DNA of 32,000 nucleotides from Mycoplasma mobile 163K (GTDB lineage Bacteria; Bacillota_I; Bacilli_A; Mycoplasmatales; Metamycoplasmataceae): NCBI RefSeq assembly GCF_000008365.1, contig NC_006908.1, positions 390,001 to 422,000 of the forward strand, read 5' to 3'. Shown piece by piece: positions 20,924 to 30,600 of this stretch (position 1 is its first letter; each line of letters starts with the position of its first letter). The notes under the pieces were generated by a model. It saw only the letters and a program-made list of their open reading frames with translations, ran no database searches and was not told where the DNA came from. The position numbers and the translations under genes were made by a program.

Positions 20924-23470
20924 TTACAATCCATAGTGTTCTTTAGAAAATAAAGAAATGCTTGTTCCATTTTGTTTATAATTAATTCCATTTGTAGGAC
21001 CAAAAGCTAAATCTGTAATTTTAATATTTGTATTTCCTAAAATTGATCTGTCTCTACCGTCATTAAAAATTTTTGAAGAAATTGATAGATTATTACCATT
21101 AGCATAAATGATTCATCCCGAATTAGAAATTGAATTTTGTTGAACACTAGTTGATCCGTTTGAAAATGAAAAACTATTTACAATATATGGAGGTTGTTTA
21201 TCAACTAAAGATAATCCATCTACAACTGTTATAGGTCTAGCATTTAATCCTACTTGACTTAAAGTATCAACTGATGCTATTGTTAAATTTGAAAAATTAC
21301 CAAGCTCAAACTCTCCTTTTCTAGCCCCTGTTTCTAGATGAGAAATTTTTTCTGTTAAAGTAATACTATTTGGAGCAGTAAAATTTACAACTAAAGTTCT
21401 TTGGTTATTTCTAGTTTGAATACTTAAACCATCTACTGAAAGATCATTTCTTATTAATGAATTAATAGAATTTGTATATGCTGTATCCGAAGTATTTGCT
21501 CCTTTTAAATAATGTTCTCTTAATAAATTTCTAAAATTTAATCTTCCAACTGGACCTTTAAATAATCAATCATACGCTTGACCTAAATAATGATTTGTCT
21601 CATTTAAAGGAATATTTGTTTGGTTAAGTTTTGTAAATAATTGAGCAGTTGATAATCATCCTGTAGTTGTAATTGTTTTTGATAAGCTTGTTTGACCAAC
21701 TTGTGAAGCTGTTAAAACAACATCATGAGTTCCTCTTTGATTATTTTGACTTATCCCTGAAGGGAAACTTATAGAAAAACTTACGCCATTAGAAATTGCT
21801 GGAACATTAATAAATGAATCTAAATTTGGATTATCGTTTGTTATAGTTGGTAAAACTGTTGAAGATCCTGCTCTTAGAGATAAAGAAGTAATTTGATTAA
21901 ATTCAAAAGTAATTCTCCTCATGAATCCTGATACTTCAATACTTTTAGTACTTGAAATACCTGATTTTGAAGCAACTAAATTAATTGTTAATGAACCATT
22001 TCTATCATTAAAAATAAGTGGACTTTGAAGTTCTAATTTAAAACTTACGCCATTAGATAAATTAGGTGCATTTAAATATTCATTAATATTTTGATTATTA
22101 ACTAATGAAGGTAAAACACTTGAAGCTGCTGGTTTAGTTGCAATCGAAACAATTCTTGCTAATTCTTTATTAATGTCAGCTGTGATTTGAGCATTAATAA
22201 TATTTGAATTAGTGTTAAAACCTTGGACACTAAAAGTTTTTTCGACACTAATATTTGATCTAGTTCCTGTTAAAATAACTGAAATTTGACCATCAACATC
22301 ATTAAAAACACTTGGATTTTGAGTTTTTAAGCTAAAAATTACGCCATTAGAAGTAGCTGGAATTTGTAAATATTGGGTAATATTTGCATTATTAACTATT
22401 GAAGGTAAAGCAGTTGCAGCTGCAGGAGTTAAACTAATACCAGTAATTTTATTTAATTCTGTTTGAATTTCCATTCTTGTAACTTCATTAACAATTTCTG
22501 ATAAGGTAGCAAAACCTGAAACAGCAAAGTTTTTTTCTCTAGTAATGTTATTTCTTGATGCTTCTAAAACAACTGGTAAAGTACCGTTGAAATCATTTTG
22601 AGAATTTATTTGTCCAACTCTTAATCTAAGAGTAACACCTGTTGCTAAATCAATTGAAGGTAAAATTAAATATTGATTTATGTTTTGAGGTGTTACAGAT
22701 GAAGGGAGAACAGTTTTTGCTAAAGTAGTTGTTGAAATTGTAGAAATTCTTCCTAAAATATCTAAAAGTAAATTTTCAACTGCTTCAACTTCATTAAAGA
22801 TTCTAAAACCACTTACATTAATATTTTTATTAAGAGATCTTCCTGATTTAGATCCGATTAAAACTACTCCAAGAGTACCTGTTGTATTATTTGCACCATT
22901 TAATTGAACTTTTAAAGAAAATACTACACCATTAATCGAAACTGGAGTATTGATAAAATCATTAATATTTGTATCATTAACATTTGAAGCTAAAGTAGAA
23001 GATGCTAAATTTTTGGTAATCAATGTATTTATAATGTCTAATTCATTTTGAATTTCAAGATCAATTTTTGCATTTATTTCATTTTGATTATTTACTCTAA
23101 AACCATTTACATTAATCTTTTTTTCTTGTATTGAATTATCTAAAGAGGCCACTAAAACAACTCCAAGACTACCTTCAGCATCATTTACAATACTTGGTTC
23201 TTGTAATTTTAAAGAAAAACGTATTCCACTTAATGTGGTATTTGGCACTAAAATTGACAAAGCAATATTTAAATTTGTTACTTCTGAAGCTAAAATATTT
23301 TTCCCAAAAGAAGTTAATTCTAATTGATTGATTTTTGTAATTTCTGCTTGTACAATTTGTTCGCTTGTAAGACTTTTTTTATTCATTACAGTAGCAATAC
23401 TTGGCCCTGCAATAACCGTTGTTAGCATGCTTGCTGATGTTATTCCTAAAATTATAATTGATTTTTTCAT
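20924..23470 (-). CDS. surface protein, tandem paralogue of 18069-20615 (848 aa), 6 modules plus type A C-terminal module
   Basis: Track ORF 21656-23470 ends at TGA. I translated 21655->20924 by hand and it is open to TAA at 20924-20926. It has the same length and architecture as its neighbour and ends ...FSKEHYGL. Confidence 0.8.
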
Positions 23471-23476
23471 ATAACA

Positions 23477-23482
23477 ATTATA
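23477..23482 (-). promoter_or_regulatory. -10 box TATAAT 6 nt upstream of the ATG at 23470
   Basis: The reverse complement of 23477-23482 is TATAAT. Confidence 0.45.
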
Positions 23483-23558
23483 TTATAGAATTAATGTTTT
23501 TATTAAAAATTTATAATATAACAAAATATTTCCAAAGTTTAATAAAATTAAGTTTTAC

Positions 23559-25091
23559 TTATTTTGATGTTCTTTTATTATTCATTATTAAAGAATCTAA
23601 CATATTTTTAGGTTTAGGAATTTTTAAATAATCTAGAATAGTTGGAGCAATATTTGCTAAAGTTCCTGAATTTAATTTTAAGTTTTTATCTGTAACAATT
23701 AGCATAACAGGTGAGGTAGTGTGTTTTGTTGCAGGATTTCCATTTTCATCTTCAGTAATTTCTGCATTACCATGATCTGCAGTAATAAATAAAGTGTGGT
23801 TTGTTTTTTCAATTGCTTTTAAAATTTTTCCATATTGAAAATCTAAAAATTCAAGAGCTTTAATTGTAGCTTTTAAATTACCTGTATGTCCGACCATATC
23901 AGGATTAGCATAATTTAAAATAATAACATCATATTTTCCTAAATTAGCAATTAAAGTATCTGTAATTCCTGCAGCAGACATTTCTGGATAATCTGCAAAA
24001 GAATCAGCTTTAACTGAATCTATAAGGATTCTTTCTTCATTTTCATATAAAACATCATTTCCACCATCAAAGAAAAATGTCACATGAGCATATTTTTGTG
24101 TTTCAGCAATTCTTAATTGACTTAATCCATTTTTAGCTAAAATATTTCCTAAAGGATTAGTTATTTTCATTTCTTCATATGCAATATTTGTATCTAAACC
24201 TTCATATTTCATCATCGAAGTAAAATTACTTAATTTAACTTGATTTTTAGATTGATAATTATATAAATTAGATTGAATTAATAAGTGACTAAGTTGTCTG
24301 GCACGATCAGGTCTAAAATTATAAAAAATCACAGCATCATTATCTTTTAAATTTAATTTTTTTGCTAAATAATCTTTATTAATTGCAGGTATAAAAAATT
24401 CATCGCTAATATCTTTTTGATATTGTGCTTTGATATATTCGCTTGCATTTGTAAAATAATTTGTTGTTTTTCCCATCATTACTTCTAGTGCTTGTTCATT
24501 TCTTGTAAAAATTTGATCTCGATCCATAGCATAAAAGCGTCCCATGATTGAGCCAATTGCATAGTTATATTTTTTTGTAATTGCTTCAAGTTTTTTAATC
24601 GAAGTTAATATTGATCTTGGAGCAACATCTCTTCCATCTCCAAAAACATGTACAGAAACATTTTTAAGTCCATTTTCATGTGCTGCTTCAATTAATTTAA
24701 ATAAGTGCTCTTCATGTGAATGAACACCTCCATCTGAAAGCAATCCCATTAAATGTAAAGTATTTGTTTCATTATTTTTTTTAACAGCATTAAATGCTGC
24801 AATGAATTTAGCATTTTGTTTAAATTTATTATCTTTAATATCTTTATTAATTAAAGATAAACCTGTATAAACAATTTGTCCTGCTCCTATATTCAAATGA
24901 CCAACTTCACTATTTCCCATTTGATCATCTGGTAAGCCTACATAATCTCCTGAGGCTTGAATGACACTATTTGGATATTCATTAAATAATTTATCAAAAT
25001 TAGGAGTTTTTGCTAATTTAAAAGCATTTCCTTGTTTTTCTTCTCTTAGACCTAAGCCATCTATTACGGATAAAATAACTGTTTTTTTCAT
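23559..25091 (-). CDS. gpmI: 2,3-bisphosphoglycerate-independent phosphoglycerate mutase (510 aa)
   Basis: Motifs MKKTVILSVIDGLGLR, NSEVGHLNIGAG, DGGVHS, DGRD and ADHGNAE are present. I prefer the ATG at 25091 because GGAG lies 8 nt upstream and TATAAT sits at 25119-25124. The track start at 25118 would add 9 aa. Confidence 0.9.
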   Translation of the reverse strand: MKKTVILSVIDGLGLREEKQGNAFKLAKTPNFDKLFNEYPNSVIQASGDYVGLPDDQMGNSEVGHLNIGAGQIVYTGLSLINKDIKDNKFKQNAKFIAAFNAVKKNNETNTLHLMGLLSDGGVHSHEEHLFKLIEAAHENGLKNVSVHVFGDGRDVAPRSILTSIKKLEAITKKYNYAIGSIMGRFYAMDRDQIFTRNEQALEVMMGKTTNYFTNASEYIKAQYQKDISDEFFIPAINKDYLAKKLNLKDNDAVIFYNFRPDRARQLSHLLIQSNLYNYQSKNQVKLSNFTSMMKYEGLDTNIAYEEMKITNPLGNILAKNGLSQLRIAETQKYAHVTFFFDGGNDVLYENEERILIDSVKADSFADYPEMSAAGITDTLIANLGKYDVIILNYANPDMVGHTGNLKATIKALEFLDFQYGKILKAIEKTNHTLFITADHGNAEITEDENGNPATKHTTSPVMLIVTDKNLKLNSGTLANIAPTILDYLKIPKPKNMLDSLIMNNKRTSK

Positions 25092-25283
25092 ATAATAATC
25101 TCCAATATTTTCTATCATATTATAAATTGAAAAAAATTTAATTATCTATTTTTTAAATATTATGTTTTAAAAAATAAATTTAAGAACTTATTTAAATTAA
25201 AAAACCACCAAATTGATGATTTTAATAATTAATTAAATCTTAATATTGAGTAATTCTAAAATAATTATTGTTTGTAACACCAC

Positions 25284-26309
25284 TTATATTTTTTGAATTG
25301 CACTTGCAGAATCAAGTGCAAGTAAAATGCATATTAATAACAATTTCTTGTGTGTAATAGAGTTTTCTGTTGTTAAATTTATAGTTGATCATCTAAATGA
25401 TTTGCTACCAAGCCTTAAATTCTATTATGAAGTTCTTCATTAAATTGAGGGATATTATTTTCAAAAATTAAATTATCATTAACATCTTTTGCTCATGCAT
25501 TTTTTATTTTAACAACAATACCTCTAAAAGCTGTTAAATTAGCATTTGTTGTATTAGTAGAAATTAAATCCTCTATTTCATTATTTGCTCTATTATTTGC
25601 AATTAAAGTTTGATCATTGCGTTCAAAAGTAAATAAAGTATCAGTAACACTACTAATTGCAGTAAAGCCTTTTAATTCTTTTGAAAAACTTACTACATTT
25701 TCATCAAATGTACCATTAATTGTAATTTTCATATCTATTGATTCTTTTGTAAAAGTGTTTATACTTCCATTTAAATCTGTGATTTGATATTTGTAAGTGT
25801 GAATTTTCCTGAACTAAATTGTTCCAAAATTTCCATTTTTATTAGTGATACCTATTTGTTTGATGAAATTTCTAATTGTATTGATATCATTTTGTGTTAC
25901 AAGAGATGTAACTAAAAGGGTAAAGAAAGTAGTATTTACTTCTGAATTAGATAATCCAAGTCAATCACCAAAGGCCATGGTTGTAGTTTTAAAAGTAGTT
26001 ATTTAAAACGTTTTAGTATTTAAAATTTGTTATTCAAAAGAAGCTATAATTTTTACACTTAGAGTTCCAATAGTATTATTATAGATAAATCTGCTTCCAA
26101 TGTAAAATTAACACCACTAATTGAATTTATACTTACATATTCATTAATAAGTTCATTTGTCATTTAAGATACTAAAGTTTCATTAATTACATTTTGGTTA
26201 TTAATATTTAAACTTTATTAAATAATTTCATTATAAGCATTTTGTAAAATAGTTAAATCACTAGCAATTTCGTTTGGTGTTTTAAATCCACTTAAAGTAA
26301 TTTCATTTT
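25284..26309 (-). pseudogene. decayed 3' part of a surface-protein gene (one repeat module plus a type B module) with multiple stops and frameshifts
   Basis: It aligns by eye to 28650-29650 of the giant gene. NEITLSGFKTPNEIASDLTILQNAYNEII**SLNINN... matches ...LITLQNAYNQITQQNLNINN.... MAFGDWLGLSNSEVNTTFF is retained. Track ORF 25493-25732 (MKITINGTFDENVV...) is a fragment of the B module. A 1-nt loss (AATAGAATTTAAGG versus AATAGAAATTTAAGA) breaks ...LHNRNLRL.... Confidence 0.7.
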
Positions 26310-27302
26310 TTAAATTTTTTTAATTTCACCTAATAAACTTTGTGAATTCATTCGAAACCCTGAAACTGAAAACTCTTTGTCCCTAAATATTAAAGGATTT
26401 TCATTTGTAAAAGCATCAATTCTAAATTTTAATGTTCCTGTTGAATCACTAAGATTTTTTTCTTCTTCATTTTGTGGTGTTCAAAATATTCTAAAAATTA
26501 CACCATTAATAGGTTCTGGAGTAGTAATTAATTCTCTTATATTATCAGCAGTTACTTCTGAAGGTAAAGTAGTTGCAAAATCTCCTTTAAGAGTTAAGTT
26601 AGCAATTTTTGCTAATTCATTATCTAATATCTGATTTCTTTGATCTAATTTTTGGAATCCAGTAATAGGAAAAGTTTTAGTTTCAATTACTTTTCCAATA
26701 GAACCTTCAATTGTAATAGTAAGAGTTCCATCAACATTATTTTCTAAACTAATTAATGAACTTTTAAAACTTACTCCATTTGCCTCTGGTAAAGCTTCAA
26801 AGAAAGTATTAACATTATCAAGCTTTACTTCTGAAGGTAAAGTAGTTGCAAAAGCGCCTATTTTTACTAGATTTAGTTTTTCAAGTTCTACTTTAATTTT
26901 AGCTTTTCTCTGAGTTGCTGTTTCAAATCCTGTAATAGTAATTTCCTTTGTTCTACTATCAGTTCCAATTTGCCCTGTTAGTGTTAAAGTTAAAGTGCCT
27001 ATTTCATCATTTATAGCAGTTTTTGTTGAAATAGAATAAGTAAAATTTACACTATTAATAGTATTATTAAAATTTTTTGTTATTTCAGTTTGTAAATTAG
27101 CTGCATTAATTTCTGAAGCTAATTTTGTATTATTTGTTACTTTAAAATTAGCTGATATAATTTTTTCAAGCTCTAGATCGATTTTTTTAAAATTTTCAGC
27201 ACTTTCTGATGTTGTTGTTCCGCATGCTACAACTGTTATTGGTAAAATTGCAATTGTACTTAGTGTACCAATTCCAATTAAATATTTGTTTTTGATTTTC
27301 AT
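26310..27302 (-). CDS. lipoprotein with lipobox, 3 and a half lipoprotein-17-like modules, truncated relative to paralogues (330 aa as it stands)
   Basis: MKIKNKYLIGIGTLSTIAILPITVVAC|GTT is a signal peptide plus lipobox Cys. Track ORF 26481-27302 continues through TGA to TAA at 26310-26312. The modules are close to those of the giant gene (KAKIKVELEKLNLVKIGAFATTLPSEVKLDNV...). Confidence 0.7.
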
Positions 27303-27440
27303 ATAAAATATAGTTTCCTTTTATTTACTTTTTAACTTATTATAAAACAAAATTTGAGTTATTTTTAAATGCTATTTTCATATCTCTAAAAAAGAAGTAA
27401 TTAAAAAGAAAAAAACATCTAGTAATTAATAAACCTAATA

Positions 27441-27449
27441 ATTATACAA
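27441..27449 (-). promoter_or_regulatory. candidate extended -10 element TTGTATAAT for lipoprotein gene 26310-27302
   Basis: The reverse complement of 27441-27449 is TTGTATAAT, which would give a 5' UTR of ~130 nt. An alternative TATAAT lies at 27337-27342. Confidence 0.35.
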
Positions 27450-27452
27450 TAT

Positions 27453-27484
27453 AAAAAAACATCAATTTTAATTGATGTTTTTTG
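27453..27484 (-). terminator. rho-independent terminator after the giant surface gene
   Basis: Near-perfect palindrome AAAAAACATCAATT..AATTGATGTTTTTT. Confidence 0.7.
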
Positions 27485-27669
27485 TAGTAATTTTATTTAG
27501 TTTTTATTCTTAGAATAATTTAAAAAATATATTTAGTAAATAAATTAGAAAACTTATGATATTTCATGTTTATCAAAGTTAAGTGTATGTTTTTCTTGTT
27601 TTAAAACATTCTATAATACTATATTAAAACTTCATAAATTGCATGTTCAATTTACTTCGAAAGTTTTAA

Positions 27670-30600
27670 TTAAGCATTACTAACTTTACCTTCTCATCTA
27701 AGTGGATGACCATTTTCAGGGGCTCTTACTGCATCTAAATAAACATATACTCTTCAGTCTTGTGTATTTGTAGTTGTGTCTACACCAAAATGGCGTCATC
27801 TCACAGCATTGAATGCACTTGCTGACACTGCATATCTTAATCCTTTATTATGTAATTCATCATTAAATCGAGGGAATCCATTTTCAAAGATCGGTGCTCC
27901 ACTATTATCTTTTGCTCAAACATCACCAAGACTAAATTTTACACCTCTAAATGGATTTAATAAAGCAGTGAAAGTAGAATTTGCAGGAGTACCAGCAGCA
28001 GGAGTGGTAAGAATTAAATTACCAACTTTTTCGATTGTGAAAAATCTATTTAATAAATCTTGAGAAATTGGTTTAAATCCTTCAATTCTTCTTGAATAAG
28101 TTACTGCTTCATTATTGAAAGTTCCATTGACAATTAAAGTATGACCATTTGTTGTCGTATCAAAAGTACTATTTTGTAATTGATAACTTGTAATAGCAAA
28201 TTGATTATTATCGATTCCTAAATTTTCTTCTTTCAATATAAGACCGATTTCTGTCAATTTATTTTTCATATCAGTTAATGTTGTAATACTTGTAACTAAG
28301 TTGGTTCTTGAAGGAATAAAGAAAGTTGTATCTACTTCTGCATTTCTTAGTCCTAATATTGCTGCTAAAGCATCTTTAGGTGTTAAAAAACCTGATATAG
28401 TAATTATTTCTGAAATTCTTTCAGTTCCTTCAAAAGTACCTTTTACTTTAAAACTTAAAGTACCATCTGTATTATTTCTACTTAAATCAATAACTTCTAA
28501 ATTAACACCTCGTTTATCAAAACTTTGAATAAATTTAATATCAGCATTAGAAATTGATGAAGATAATTTTGTTGCTTTATTTTCAATTTCAAAAATTTCA
28601 GATGTAATTGAATCAATTGTTTTTTGTAATAAAGTTTGTTGTATTTTTTGAGTAGTAAAAAAAGGTGTGTCAATTAAATAATCAGTTGATCCGGCAAATG
28701 CTAATGTTTGATCAAAGTGGAATCATATAGTAATACTTTGTTCTCCATTTTCAACAGCAGAAGTTCTTCAGGCAAAACGATTAGCATGAAGTCTTAAATT
28801 TCTATTATGAAGTCCTTCAATAAATGAAGGTATTCATGTTGCTTCACCTGTAGAAGCAAACTCTTCTTTTCCGCTTGCAGTATTAAAGAATTTTTTTCAA
28901 TCTGATGATTCTTTAGCTACAATTCCTCTATCTGGTAGATGATTTTGTTCAAATAATTGCCCTGTGTGGAGATTACCTTGAGATGCTGTTAATAATGGTT
29001 TTTCATTACGTGTAAAAGTTATTAGAGTATCTAAGATTGTACCAATTGCAGTATATCCTTTTAATTCTTTTGTAAAATTTACTAATTTTCCATCAAAAGT
29101 TCCGTTAATTGTAATTTTCATATCTTTTGAATCTTTTGTAAATGTAGTACCATTATTTAAATCTGTAATTCGATAATTTGTAAGTGTGAATCTATTAGCA
29201 TCAACATCTCCAAAACCTATATTTTTATTCATAATACCAATTTGATTTATGAAAGTTCTCATTGTGGTGATATTACTTTGTGATTGAACATTTGTAACTG
29301 AAGGGGTAAAGAAAGTAGTATTTACTTCTGAATTAGATAATCCAAGTCAATCTCCAAAAGCCATGTTTGCTGTTTTGAAATTATTTACATTTAATATTTT
29401 AGTATTTAAATTTTGACCTTCAAAAGAAGCAATAACTCTTACATTTAAAGTTCCAATAGTATCATTAGATGAATCTATTTCTAATTTAAAATTAACACCA
29501 TTAATTGAATTTATACTTACATATTTATTAATAAGTTCATTTGTCATTGAAGATGCTAAAGCTGTAATAATTTCATTTTCATTATTGATATTTAAATTTT
29601 GTTGAGTGATTTGATTATAAGCATTTTGTAATGTAATTAAATCTTTTTCCCTTTTTTCTTGTGTTGTTAAAAAGCCTGACATAGTAATAAATTTATCAGT
29701 TGTTTCACCTAAAGTTGCAACAACTTTAAAAGTAATTTGGCCTAATTCATCATTACGATTAGTAATTTCTAAACTTAAAGCAACTAATTCTCTTGTTGAA
29801 TTAGTAATACTAATAATGGTACTATTTATATCTTTTGGCAAAATTTCATTTTTATTATTAATTCCTAAAATAATATCATTTTCAGTAATTTCATTTAAAA
29901 TTCTTTCTCTACGTTTTGCATTTGTTTCAAAATTAGAAATCTCTATTTTAATTGAAGATTTTTCAATTCCTTTAAAAGTACCTTTTACTTTAAAACTTAA
30001 AGTACCATTAGCATTATTTGGGATTATTTCTAAAATTTCTAAATCAACACCCTTATTATCAAAATTTTTAATAAATTTAATGTCAGAAGCAGCAATTTCT
30101 GAAGGCAATTTATTTTGTTTTTCGATTTCAAAAATTTCTGCCTTAATTGCATTAATAATTTCATTTAAATGATCTTGATTTGTTTGAAATTTTGTGATAG
30201 TAATTTCTTTTTCTTTTGAAATTCCTGAAATAGAAGCTTTTAAAGTTACTTTTAATTCTCCTTTTGTATCATCATCACTATTTGCTTTAAAAATAAGTTC
30301 AAAACTTACCCCATTAGATATTGTTGGATTAGAAATAAAGTTTTTTAAAGTTTCAGCAGTTATTGTTGAAGGTAAAGTAGTTGCAAAAGCACTTAAATTA
30401 GCTTCGATAGTAGTAATTTTTGCTAATTCTTGATCTAATCTTTGATCAATTGTTTGAAATTTTGTGATAGTAATTTCTTTTTCTTTTGAAATTCCTGAAA
30501 TAGAAGCTTTTAAAGTTACTTTTAATTCTCCTTTTGTATCATCATCACTATTTGTTTTAAAAATAAGTTCAAAACTTACCCCATTAGATGTTGTTGGGTT

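Noticed and set aside
17990-23510. The 2.855-kb duplication as an IS or mobile element
   Set aside because: There is no transposase or integrase ORF and no terminal inverted repeats or target-site duplications. The unit is simply gene plus promoter plus terminator.
15755-25118. Longer N-terminal extensions proposed by the track (15787, 20639, 25118 starts)
   Set aside because: Internal ATGs at 15754, 20615 and 25091 have SD or -10 elements correctly placed and give canonical N-termini. The extensions would overlap the promoter elements.
25493-25732. The 79-aa ORF as an independent small gene
   Set aside because: It is the central fragment of a decayed type B module, homologous to 28897-29130 of the giant gene. 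It has no start context of its own.
2856-28899. Reading the TGA-terminated track ORFs as truncated genes or pseudogenes
   Set aside because: The frames continue without TAA or TAG to sensible ends. The TGA codons fall at conserved Trp positions in housekeeping enzymes, so genetic code 4 is the simpler explanation. Only 25284-26309 has genuine TAA stops and frameshifts.
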